From Kineococcus radiotolerans SRS30216 = ATCC BAA-149 (lineage in GTDB: Bacteria > Actinomycetota > Actinomycetes > Actinomycetales > Kineococcaceae), in NCBI RefSeq assembly GCF_000017305.1, contig NC_009664.2:4080001-4112000 (forward strand): a DNA stretch of 32,000 nucleotides, given 5' to 3'. The notes below the pieces were generated by a model. It was not told the DNA's origin, searched no databases, and saw only the letters and a program-made list of their open reading frames with translations. The translations under genes were made by a program, and so were the position numbers. Positions 1-11,919 of the stretch are shown piece by piece (the stretch's first letter is position 1; each line of letters opens with the position of its first letter).

Positions 1-31
1 GGACGCGGCGGGCAGGGACAGGGATCCGGCG

Positions 32-906
32 GTGGAGGTGGAGCGGCCACGCCGCCCCGAGCTCCTCATCATCACCGGCATGTCGGGGGCCGGGCGGTCC
101 ACCACGGGCAAGGCCCTGGAGGACCTCGGCTGGTACGTCGTGGACAACCTGCCCCCGCAGATGCTCGAACCCCTGGCCGAGCTCACCGCCCGCGCCGGGC
201 TGACCATCCCCCGCCTGGCCGTGGTCGTCGACGTCCGCGGCCGGACGTTCTTCGCCGAGCTCACCGGTGCCCTGGCCGCCCTGGACACCCGCCACGTCTC
301 CCCGCGGGTCCTGTTCCTCGACGCCACCGACGAGGTCCTCGTCCGCCGCTTCGAGTCCGTGCGCCGCCCCCACCCCCTGCAGGGCGACGACCGCATCGTC
401 GACGGCATCGCCCGCGAGCGCGCCCTCACCGGGGAGCTGCGCGCCCGCGCCGACGTCGTCGTCGACTCCAGCTCCTTCAACGTCCACCAGCTCGGCTCGC
501 TCGTGGCCTCCCTCTTCGAGTCCGAGCGCGACGAGGACCTGCGCGTCACCGTCATGAGCTTCGGGTTCAAGTACGGCACCCCCGCCGACGCCGAGCACGT
601 CGCCGACGTGCGGTTCATCCCCAACCCGCACTGGGAACCCGACCTGCGCCCGCTCACCGGCCAGGACGTCCCCGTCGCCGAGTTCGTCCTCGCCGCCGAG
701 GGCGCGGGCACCTTCATCGACCGCTACGAGTCCTCGCTGAGCCCCGTCTTCGACGGCTACCGCCGGGAGAACAAGCGCTACGCCACCGTCGCGTTCGGCT
801 GCACCGGCGGCAAGCACCGCTCCGTGGCCATGGCCGAGGAGCTCGGCCGCCGGCTGCGCCGCGACGGGGTCCCCGTGCGCGTCCTGCACCGCGACCTGGG
901 CCGGGA

Positions 907-910
<4 letters not shown>
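32..910 (+). CDS. rapZ: RNase adapter / P-loop nucleotide-binding protein RapZ (YvcJ family)
   Basis: 292-aa ORF with N-terminal P-loop '[28 protein letters not shown]' and C-terminal '[16 protein letters not shown]', both typical of RapZ/YvcJ. It is followed by yvcK and whiA as in the conserved operon. The frame is open to the left window edge, so the GTG at 32 (AGGGA 7 nt upstream) is the first possible start, not a proven one. Confidence 0.9.
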
Positions 911-3040
<2,130 letters not shown>

Positions 3041-3076
3041 GCCGACGCCCCGGCGGCGCCGGGCGCCTCCCCCCGG

Positions 3077-4268
<1,192 letters not shown>

Positions 4269-4291
4269 CCGTCTGAGCGTCTGACAGGATC

Positions 4292-4327
4292 CGGCCCGGG
4301 CCCTCGCACCGTCGAGGGCCCGGGCCG
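4292..4327 (+). terminator. Intra-operon GC stem-loop between gap and pgk (15-bp perfect stem, 6-nt loop, no U tract)
   Basis: CGGCCCGGGCCCTCG (4292-4306) pairs with CGAGGGCCCGGGCCG (4313-4327), loop CACCGT. Read directly from the sequence. Confidence 0.45.
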
Positions 4328-4370
4328 TCGTCCGTCCGGCCCCGGACAGCCCCCGCGGAAAGGCTCACCT

Positions 4371-5609
4371 GTGAAGACCCTCGACGACCTCGAGACCCAG
4401 CTCGGCGGCTTCGCCGGCCGGCGCGTCCTGGTCCGCAGCGACCTGAACGTCCCCCTCGACCACGACCGGCGCGACGGGGCCGGGCAGCCCGTCATCACCG
4501 ACGACGGCCGCCTGCGCGCCTCCGTCCCCACCCTGCGCCGCCTGCTCGACGCCGGCGCCCGGGTCGTGGTGACCGCGCACCTGGGCCGCCCGAAGGGCGC
4601 CCCGGAGGCGAAGTACTCCCTGGCGCCGGTGCACGCCCGCCTCGCGGAGCTGCTGCCGGGCGTCGAGGTCGGCTTCTGCCCGGTCACGGTGGGGGCGCAG
4701 GCCACGGCCGCGGTCGACGCCCTGGCCGACGGTGAGCTGCTGCTGCTGGAGAACATCCGGTTCAACGCGGGGGAGACCAGCAAGGACGACGAGGAGCGCG
4801 AGGCCTTCGCCGACGAGCTCGCCGCCCTCGCCGACGCCTTCGTCTCCGACGGGTTCGGCGCCGTGCACCGCAAGCACGCCAGCGTCTACGACGTCGCGCT
4901 CCGCCTGCCGCACGCCGCGGGGGGCCTGGTGGCGACCGAGGTCGAGGTCCTGCAGCGGCTGACGGCGCACCCGGAGCGCCCCTACGCGGTCGTCCTGGGC
5001 GGGTCGAAGGTCTCGGACAAGCTCGGGGTCATCGACAACCTCCTCGGTTCGCTGCTGGGCGAGGGGGACCGCCTCCTCGTGGGCGGCGGGATGGTGTTCA
5101 CCTTCCTCAAGGCCCAGGGGTACGAGGTCGGGAAGTCGCTGCTGGAGACCGACCAGCTGGACCGCGTCGCCGGCTACGTGCGCACCGCCCGGGAGAAGGG
5201 CGTCGAGCTCGTCCTGCCCACCGACGTCGTCGCGGCCACCGCCTTCGCCGCCGACGCCGAGCACGACGTCGTCGCCGTGGACGCGATCCCCGCCGACCGC
5301 CTCGGCCTGGACATCGGGCCGGACTCCGGGGCCGCCTTCGCCGCCCGCCTCGCCGACGCCCGCACGGTGTTCTGGAACGGGCCGATGGGCGTGTTCGAGA
5401 TGGAGCCCTACTCCCACGGCACCCGGGCCGTCGCCCAGGCCCTGGTGGACGGGGGCGCCTTCAGCGTGGTCGGCGGCGGGGACTCCGCCGCCGCGGTGCG
5501 CACCCTCGGCTTCGCCGACGAGCGGTTCGGGCACATCTCCACCGGGGGCGGGGCGAGCCTGGAGTACCTGGAGGGCAAGCACCTCCCCGGCCTCGACGTC
5601 CTGAGCTGA
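4371..5609 (+). CDS. pgk: Phosphoglycerate kinase
   Basis: 412 aa with '[12 protein letters not shown]', 'ENIRFNAGE' and '[11 protein letters not shown]' motifs. GTG start at 4371 with GGAAAGG upstream. Confidence 0.96.
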
Positions 5610-5650
5610 CCAGACCCCGCACCGACCACGCGACGAGAGAAGGTTCGACG

Positions 5651-6436
5651 ATGTCCCGCACCCCGCTGATCGCCGGGAACTGGAAGATGGTCCTGGACCA
5701 CCAGCAGGGCACCCTGCTGGTGCAGAAGCTGGACTGGACCCTGAAGGACGCCAAGCACGACTACTCCGCCGTCGAGGTCGCGGTGCTGCCCTCGCACACC
5801 AGCCTGCGCACGGTGCAGACCCTCATCGAGGGCGACAAGCTGTCGATCGCGCTCGGCGCGCAGGACGTCTCCGAGCACGACTCCGGCGCCTACACCGGCG
5901 AGGTGTCGGCGGCGATGCTGGCCAAGCTGGGCGTCACCTACGTCGCCGTGGGGCACTCCGAGCGCCGTCAGTACCACGGCGAGACGGACGCGACGGTGCG
6001 CGCGAAGGCGGCCAAGGCGCTGGCCGCGGGGCTGACCCCCATCGTCTGCGTCGGCGAGGCGCTGGAGATCCGCAAGGCCGAGCAGCACGTGGAGTTCACG
6101 GTCGGGCAGGTCACCCAGGCCCTCACCGGTCTCACCGCGGAGCAGGCCGCCGGCCTGGTGCTGGCCTACGAGCCGGTCTGGGCCATCGGCACCGGCGAGG
6201 TCGCGACCCCCGAGGACGCCCAGGAGGTCTGCGCCGCGCTGCGCGAGGCCGTGGCCGAGCTGTTCGACCGGGCGACCGCCGACGCGGTCCGCGTCCTCTA
6301 CGGCGGCAGCGTGAAACCGGCCAGCATCGCCGCCATCATGCGCCAGCCCGACGTCGACGGGGCCCTCGTCGGCGGCGCCAGCACGGACGCCGGCGACTTC
6401 GCCGCGATCGTCCGCTTCCGCGACCATCCTGCCTGA
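5651..6436 (+). CDS. tpiA: Triose-phosphate isomerase
   Basis: 261 aa with 'IAGNWKM', 'VGHSERR' and '[11 protein letters not shown]' motifs. SD GAGAGAAGG lies upstream of the ATG at 5651. Confidence 0.97.
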
Positions 6437-6454
6437 CCACCCCCCGTGATGGCT

Positions 6455-6460
6455 TAGGCT
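6455..6460 (+). promoter_or_regulatory. -10 hexamer TAGGCT placed 7 nt upstream of the secG GTG (candidate leaderless promoter)
   Basis: TAGGCT-GACCGAC-GTG(6468) in the 31-bp tpiA-secG spacer, with no SD present. Confidence 0.4.
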
Positions 6461-6467
6461 GACCGAC

Positions 6468-6719
6468 GTGAGCGTGCTCCGCATCGTGCTGCAGGTGATC
6501 CTGGGGATCTCCAGCCTCCTCCTGACGCTGTTGATCCTCCTGCACAAGGGCAAGGGTGGTGGGCTCTCGGACATGTTCGGCGGCGGGGTGACCACGAGCC
6601 TGTCGGGTTCGAGCATGGCCGAGCGGAACCTCAACCGCTTCACCGTGGGCCTGGGACTGATCTGGTTCGCCACGGTCGTCCTGCTCGGGCTCGTCGAGCG
6701 GTTCACCAACGAGTTCTGA
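6468..6719 (+). CDS. secG: Preprotein translocase subunit SecG
   Basis: 83 aa with two hydrophobic helices flanking the Gly-rich loop 'HKGKGGGLSDMFGGG', characteristic of SecG. Position after tpiA is conserved in actinobacteria. Confidence 0.9.
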   Translation: MSVLRIVLQVILGISSLLLTLLILLHKGKGGGLSDMFGGGVTTSLSGSSMAERNLNRFTVGLGLIWFATVVLLGLVERFTNEF

Positions 6720-6759
6720 TCCGCCCATCCACCGAGACTGAAGCAGGAAGAGGACCGAC

Positions 6760-7110
6760 GTGGCAGGTGGCAACGCCATCCGGGGAAGCAGGGTCGGCGC
6801 AGGCCCCATGGGCGAGGCGGAACGGGGGGACACCGCACCCCGCATCCGCATCTCCTACTGGTGCGCCAACGGGCACGAGACGAAGCCCAGCTTCGCCGAG
6901 GAGTCCGGGGTCGAGCCCCCCGAGACGTGGGACTGCCCCCGGTGCGGCTTCCCCGCTGGCACCGACCGGGCCAACCCGCCGGCCCCGCCGAAGAACGAGC
7001 CCTACAAGACGCACCTGGCCTACGTGAAGGAACGTCGTTCCGACGCCGACGGCGAGGCCATCCTCAACGAGGCCCTGGACTCCCTGCGGGCGCGCGGGCT
7101 CATCCGCTGA
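6760..7110 (+). CDS. rbpA: RNA polymerase-binding protein RbpA
   Basis: 116 aa starting 'AIRGSRVG...'. It has the basic linker and sigma-interaction region 'YKTHLAYVKERRSDADGEAILNEALDSLRARG'. It retains the C...H...CxxC set ('YWCANGH' and 'WDCPRCG') of zinc-type RbpA proteins. SD AGGAAGAGGA precedes the GTG at 6760. Confidence 0.88.
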   Translation: MAGGNAIRGSRVGAGPMGEAERGDTAPRIRISYWCANGHETKPSFAEESGVEPPETWDCPRCGFPAGTDRANPPAPPKNEPYKTHLAYVKERRSDADGEAILNEALDSLRARGLIR

Positions 7111-7128
7111 ACCCCTGAGCACGACCGT

Positions 7129-7173
7129 GCACGACGAAGGCCCCCGGCGGATCGCCGGGGGCCTTCGTCGTGC
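7129..7173. terminator. Bidirectional terminator hairpin between convergent rbpA and pgl (20-21 bp perfect stem)
   Basis: GCACGACGAAGGCCCCCGGC (7129-7148) pairs perfectly with GCCGGGGGCCTTCGTCGTGC (7154-7173), loop GGATC. It lies 19 nt after the rbpA stop and 4 nt after the pgl stop. Confidence 0.78.
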
Positions 7174-7176
7174 GGG

Positions 7177-7926
7177 TCAGAGGTCGGCCGCCGCCGCCTC
7201 GTCGACCAGCCACAAGGTGCGCTCGGTGCCGAACACCCCGGCCGCCGGGGTCTCCGCCACGTCGCCGGCGGCGACCCCGCGAGCGACCGCGGCGGCCTTC
7301 TCGGCCCCCGAGGCCACCAGCCACACCTGGCGGGCGCGGGCGATGGCGCCGAAGGTGAAGGACACCCGCAGCGGCGGCGGCTTCGGGGACTCCCGCACCC
7401 CCACGACGCTGGAGTCGTCGCGGGCCAGCCCCGGGTGGTGGGGGAACAGCGACGCGACGTGGCCGTCGGGCCCCATGCCCAGCAGCAGGACGTCGAAGGC
7501 GGGCACTTCCGCGCCCTCCCCGAAGGCCAGCAGTTCCGCGGCGTAGCGGGCCGCGGCGGCGTCGAGGTCGTCGCCGTCGGCGCCGTCGCTGGCCGGCGGC
7601 AGGTGCACCGTCGACGGGTCCAGCGGCAGGGCGTCGAGCAGCGCGTCCGCGGCCTGGGTCGCGTTGCGCTCGGGGTCACCGGCGGGCAGGAACCGCTCGT
7701 CGGACCACCACAGGTGGACCCGCGTCCAGTCCACCGCGTCCCGGGCGGGAGAGGAGGCGACCGCGGCGAGGGTCTTCCCGCCGATGGTCCCCCCGGTCAG
7801 GGAGACGTGGGCGATCCCCCGGGCGGCCTGCGCGTCGGCGACGGCGCTCAGCAGCCGTCCGGCCGTCGCCGCGGCGAGCACCTCCGGGGAGGTGTGCCGG
7901 ACGACGAGGACCCCGGAGCGCGTCAC
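7177..7926 (-). CDS. pgl: 6-phosphogluconolactonase
   Basis: 249 aa from the GTG at 7926, which overlaps the opcA stop (GTGA). Contains 'VSLTGGTIG', 'WWSDERF' and 'LLLGMGPDGHVASLFP' motifs. The longer ORF to 8505 is out of frame with the opcA tail and has poor third-position GC, so it was rejected. Confidence 0.92.
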   Translation of the reverse strand: MTRSGVLVVRHTSPEVLAAATAGRLLSAVADAQAARGIAHVSLTGGTIGGKTLAAVASSPARDAVDWTRVHLWWSDERFLPAGDPERNATQAADALLDALPLDPSTVHLPPASDGADGDDLDAAAARYAAELLAFGEGAEVPAFDVLLLGMGPDGHVASLFPHHPGLARDDSSVVGVRESPKPPPLRVSFTFGAIARARQVWLVASGAEKAAAVARGVAAGDVAETPAAGVFGTERTLWLVDEAAAADL

Positions 7927-9143
7927 GCCGTCGTCCCCTCGGCCGCCCGCTTGCGCGGAGACGCCTTCTTGGCCGTCGACTTCCGGGTCGCCGCCTTCCT
8001 GGCGGGGGTCTTCGCCGCCGCGGCCTCGACCTCGTCGGTCCCGGTCGGGCCGGGGCTCACGGGTGCGGCGAGGGTCATGCCCCCGCTGCGCTCGGGCTCG
8101 GGCGGGGCGCCCTTCATGCTGCGCGAGACGCGGGCCGACCGCTGCTCGGCCGCGGCCTGCCGCTCGGCCGCCGCCGCCGGTGCGGACAGCTTCCCCGCGC
8201 TCTGCGCGTCGCGCACGGACATGACCTTCTTGTTGACCTGCGGCAGGCCCTCGGCGAGGACCTCGCCGTAGACCTCGTCGGGGTCGAGCCGGCGCAGCTC
8301 CTCGGACAGGCAGTCCTTGGTGGGCCGGCGGGCCAGGGTCAGGCGCCGGTCCGGCTGACCCGGCTGGGTCAGCGTCGCGACGTTCTGGTCGGGGCGGATG
8401 AGCTCCACCGCACCCGACTTCCGCTCCAGCCGGACGCTGTGGACACCCGTCCCGCGCTTGGTCCGGGCCCGCACGACCGGTGCCTTGAGCTTGGCCGCGA
8501 GCCACGCCGCGAGCAGCTCGGTGCTGGGGCTGTCCGGGGCCCCGCCCACGGTGATGGAGGTGACCGGTTCGTAGGGGGGCTGGTCCAGGGCCGCCGCCAG
8601 CAGGGCCCGCCAGTTCGTCAGGCGGGTCCAGGCCAGGTCGGTGTCGCCGGCGCGGTACGTCGCCCGCCGGATCTCCAACGTCTTCGCCGGGTCGCGGGCC
8701 TCGGCGGAGTCGGTGATGCGGCGCTGCGCGATGGCCCCGACGGGGTCGGTGCGCAGGTCGTCCGGGGCGACCCCTGGCCAGTACGCCACGATCGGGGCGT
8801 CGGGCAGCAGCAGGGAGACGATGGTCGTCTCGGCGTGCTCGACGAGGGGGCCGTAGGCGCGCAGCACCACGACCTCGCTGGCCCCGGCGTCACCGCCGAC
8901 GCGGATCTGCGCGTCGAGGCGCGCCGCGCCGCGCTTGTTCCCCCGGGCCAGGACGAGCACCCGGCAGGGGTGCTCGCGGCTGGCCTCGTTGGCCGCGGAG
9001 ATGGCGTCCTCGGCGTGGGCGTCGTCGGTGATGACGACGAGGGTGAGGACGCGGCCGAGCGCCACGGCCCCGCCGGTCTCGCGCAGGTCGACCAGCGCCT
9101 TGTTGATGGCGCTGGTGGACGTGCTGGGCAGGTCGATGATCAC
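7923..9143 (-). CDS. opcA: Glucose-6-phosphate dehydrogenase assembly protein OpcA, with a 103-aa basic low-complexity C-terminal extension
   Basis: The first ~303 aa ('MIIDLPSTSTSAINKALVDLRE...CLSEELRRLDPDEVYGEVL') match OpcA and lie between zwf and pgl. GTG start at 9143 has SD GGGAG 6 nt upstream. The tail (7926-8234) keeps about 29/30 G/C at third codon positions over the stretch I counted. Confidence 0.9.
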   Translation of the reverse strand: MIIDLPSTSTSAINKALVDLRETGGAVALGRVLTLVVITDDAHAEDAISAANEASREHPCRVLVLARGNKRGAARLDAQIRVGGDAGASEVVVLRAYGPLVEHAETTIVSLLLPDAPIVAYWPGVAPDDLRTDPVGAIAQRRITDSAEARDPAKTLEIRRATYRAGDTDLAWTRLTNWRALLAAALDQPPYEPVTSITVGGAPDSPSTELLAAWLAAKLKAPVVRARTKRGTGVHSVRLERKSGAVELIRPDQNVATLTQPGQPDRRLTLARRPTKDCLSEELRRLDPDEVYGEVLAEGLPQVNKKVMSVRDAQSAGKLSAPAAAAERQAAAEQRSARVSRSMKGAPPEPERSGGMTLAAPVSPGPTGTDEVEAAAAKTPARKAATRKSTAKKASPRKRAAEGTTA

Positions 9144-9165
9144 ATCTGCTCCCGGTGGATCAGGC

Positions 9166-10707
9166 TCACGGTCGCCGCCACTGCCGGCCGGTCCGTTCGA
9201 GCATCGCGTGCGCGGACGGGGGACCCCAGGTGCCCGACGCGTAGGGCTCCGGCTTGCCGTTCTTGGCCCAGAAGGCGGTGATGGGGTCGAGGATCTTCCA
9301 CGACAGCTCCACCTCCTCGTGGCGGGGGAACAGCGGCGGGTCGCCCAGCAGGACGTCCAGGATCAGCCGCTCGTAGGCCTCCGGGCTGGACTCGGTGAAG
9401 GCGTGGCCGTAGCCGAAGTCCATGGTCACGTCGCGCACCTCCATCGCGGTGCCGGGGACCTTGGAACCGAACCGCATGGTGATGCCCTCGTCGGGCTGGA
9501 CGCGGATGACCAGGGCGTTCTGCCCCAGCTCCTCCGTGGCGGTCAGCTCGAAGGGCAGGTGCGGGGCCCGCTTGAACACGACGGCGATCTCGGTGACCCG
9601 CCGCCCCAGGCGCTTGCCGGCGCGCAGGTAGAACGGGACCCCCGCCCAGCGGCGGGTGTCGATCTCCAGCTCGATGGCCGCGAACGTCTCGGTCGTCGAC
9701 GAGGCGGGGATGCCGTCCTCGTCGAGGTAGCCCTTGACCTGCTCGGACCCCTGCCACCCGGAGGCGTACTGCCCGCGGGCGGTGGACCGGGCGAGGTCCT
9801 TCAGCGGCCGCACCGCGGAGAGGACCTTGGCCTTCTCCGCGCGCAGGTCCGCGGCCTCGAAGGAGACCGGTTCCTCCATCGCGGTCAGGGCCAGCAGCTG
9901 CAGCAGGTGGTTCTGGATGACGTCGCGCGCCGCGCCGATGCCGTCGTAGTAGCCGGCGCGGCCACCGATGCCGATGTCCTCGGCCATGGTGATCTGCACG
10001 TGGTCCACGTGGTTGGCGTTCCACAGCGGCTCGAACATCTGGTTGGCGAAGCGCAGCGCCAGGATGTTCTGGACCGTCTCCTTGCCCAGGTAGTGGTCGA
10101 TGCGGAACACCGAGTCCGGGGGGAACACGTCCTCGACGACGGCGTTGAGCTCGCGCGCCGACTTCAGGTCCCGGCCGAAGGGCTTCTCGATGACGACGCG
10201 GCGCCACTGGTCCCCGTGCTGGGCGCTGAGCCCGCTGCGCGCGAGCTGCTTGGCCACCACGGGGAAGAACTTCGGCGGGATCGACATGTAGAACGCGTGG
10301 TTGCCGCCGGTGCCGCGGACCCGGTCGAGGTCGGCGACGGTGGCGGCGAGCTGGTCGAACGCCTCGTCGTCGTCGAACTCACCGGGGACGAACCGGAAGC
10401 CCTCGGCCAGCTGGGCCCAGACCGACTCCCGGAACGGGGTGCGGGCGTGCTGGCGCACGGAGTCGTAGACGATCTTGCCGAAGTCCTGGTCCACCCAGTC
10501 CCGGCGGGCGAAGCCCGTCAGGGCGAAGCCCGGGGGGAGCAGCCCGCGGTTGGCCAGGTCGTAGATGGCCGGCATGAGCTTCTTGCGCGCCAGGTCCCCG
10601 GTCACGCCGAACATCACCATGCCGCACGGCCCGGCGATCCGCGGGAGCCGCCGGTCCCGCGGATCGCGCAGCGGGTTCTCGGCCGGGGTGACCCGCGCGG
10701 GGCTCAC
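9166..10707 (-). CDS. zwf: Glucose-6-phosphate 1-dehydrogenase
   Basis: 513 aa from the GTG at 10707, which overlaps the tal stop (GTGA). Has the '[12 protein letters not shown]' NADP site and 'RIDHYLGKE' active-site motif. The 759-aa ORF in the track is an upstream extension running through tal in another frame. Confidence 0.95.
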   Translation of the reverse strand: MSPARVTPAENPLRDPRDRRLPRIAGPCGMVMFGVTGDLARKKLMPAIYDLANRGLLPPGFALTGFARRDWVDQDFGKIVYDSVRQHARTPFRESVWAQLAEGFRFVPGEFDDDEAFDQLAATVADLDRVRGTGGNHAFYMSIPPKFFPVVAKQLARSGLSAQHGDQWRRVVIEKPFGRDLKSARELNAVVEDVFPPDSVFRIDHYLGKETVQNILALRFANQMFEPLWNANHVDHVQITMAEDIGIGGRAGYYDGIGAARDVIQNHLLQLLALTAMEEPVSFEAADLRAEKAKVLSAVRPLKDLARSTARGQYASGWQGSEQVKGYLDEDGIPASSTTETFAAIELEIDTRRWAGVPFYLRAGKRLGRRVTEIAVVFKRAPHLPFELTATEELGQNALVIRVQPDEGITMRFGSKVPGTAMEVRDVTMDFGYGHAFTESSPEAYERLILDVLLGDPPLFPRHEEVELSWKILDPITAFWAKNGKPEPYASGTWGPPSAHAMLERTGRQWRRP

Positions 10708-11825
10708 TGCGCCTCGACCTGCGTCTTCACACGCTCCAGCTCGTCGGTGACGGTCTGCAGGAGCTCGGTCCAGCTCTTCTCGAATTTGTCCAGGCCCTCG
10801 GTCTCGAGCAGCTCGACGACCTCGGTGTAGGAGATGCCGAGGCGCTCGAGGTCGTCCAGGACGCTCTGGGACTCGCCGTAGGAGCCGCGGATGGTGTCCC
10901 CGGTGACCTCGCCGTGGTCGATCGTGGCGTCCAGGGTCTTGCCGGGCATCGTGTTCACGGTGTTCTCCGCGACGAGGCCGGTGACGTAGAGGGTGTCGGG
11001 CAGGTTCGGGTCCTTGACGCCGGTGGAGGCCCACAGCGGACGCTGCGCGTGGGCGCCGGCCTCCTTGAGGACCTGCCAGCGCGGGGTCGAGAAGACCTCC
11101 TCGTAGGCCTGGTAGGCCAGGCGCGCGTTGGCCAGCCCGGCCTTCGAGCGCAGCGCGTTCGCCTCGTCGGTGCCGATCTCCCCGAGGCGGCGGTCGACCT
11201 CGGTGTCCACGCGGGAGACGAAGAAGGACGCCACGGAGTGGATCTTGGAGATGTCGTGGCCGTTCTGCTTGGCCTGCTCCAGACCGGTGAGGAAGGCCTG
11301 CATGACGGCCCGGTAGCGGTCCAGGGAGAAGATCAGCGTGACGTTGACGCTGATGCCCTCGCTCAGCGCGGTCGTGATGGCCGGCAGGCCCTCGACCGTC
11401 GCGGGGATCTTGATGTGCAGGTTCTCCCGGCCGACGGCCTCCCACAGCCGGCGCGCCGACGCCTCGGTCGCCGCGGTGTCGCGGGCCTGGCGCGGGTCGA
11501 CCTCGAGGGAGACGCGGCCGTCGATGCCGTCGGTGCGGTCGAAGACGGGCTTGAGGACGTCGCAGGCGCGGCGGACGTCCTCGGTGGTGATGTGGAACAC
11601 CGCTTCCTCGGTGTCCACGCCCTTGCCGACGAGCTCCTTCACCTGGTCGGTGTAGCGGTCGCCCTTGCTGAGGGCGGTCGCGAAGATCGTCGGGTTGGAG
11701 GTGACGCCGAGCACGCCGGCGTCCACCAGGCGCTGGAGCTCCCCGCCGTCGGTCAGCTCGCGGGAGAGGTCGTCCAGCCAGACCGACACGCCGTGCTGGT
11801 GCAGGGTCTCGAGGTTGTTGCTCAT
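10704..11825 (-). CDS. tal: Transaldolase
   Basis: 373 aa from the ATG at 11825 (SD GGAG upstream). Contains '[10 protein letters not shown]', 'GVTSNPTIF' and 'IKIPAT' motifs. The GTG at 11849 adds codons GAA/GGA that overlap the SD and have poor GC3. Confidence 0.94.
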   Translation of the reverse strand: MSNNLETLHQHGVSVWLDDLSRELTDGGELQRLVDAGVLGVTSNPTIFATALSKGDRYTDQVKELVGKGVDTEEAVFHITTEDVRRACDVLKPVFDRTDGIDGRVSLEVDPRQARDTAATEASARRLWEAVGRENLHIKIPATVEGLPAITTALSEGISVNVTLIFSLDRYRAVMQAFLTGLEQAKQNGHDISKIHSVASFFVSRVDTEVDRRLGEIGTDEANALRSKAGLANARLAYQAYEEVFSTPRWQVLKEAGAHAQRPLWASTGVKDPNLPDTLYVTGLVAENTVNTMPGKTLDATIDHGEVTGDTIRGSYGESQSVLDDLERLGISYTEVVELLETEGLDKFEKSWTELLQTVTDELERVKTQVEAQ

Positions 11826-11884
11826 GAGGTGCTCCGTTCCTTCGTCCACGGGATGGGTGGGCGCCGGGACGGCGCCCGCAGAAC

Positions 11885-11913
11885 CCCGGGGGCCGCTGGT
11901 CGCGGCCCCCGGG
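11885..11913 (-). terminator. Intra-operon stem-loop between tkt and tal (12-bp perfect GC stem, 5-nt loop)
   Basis: CCCGGGGGCCGC (11885-11896) pairs with GCGGCCCCCGGG (11902-11913), 6 nt downstream of the tkt stop. A second 7-bp hairpin, GGGCGCC/GGCGCCC, lies at 11859-11877. Confidence 0.45.
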
Positions 11914-11919
11914 ACGAGG

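Noticed and set aside
7927-8505. Upstream extension of the pgl frame (442-aa ORF 7177..8505)
   Set aside because: Homology to 6-phosphogluconolactonase starts at the GTG at 7926. Third-position GC favours the overlapping opcA frame. The GTGA overlap with the opcA stop matches the other coupled junctions in the window.
8935-10830. 631-aa plus-strand ORF and other ORFs antisense to, or out of frame with, opcA/zwf (8439..9281, 9140..10207)
   Set aside because: Shadow ORFs. The zwf and opcA frames carry diagnostic motifs.
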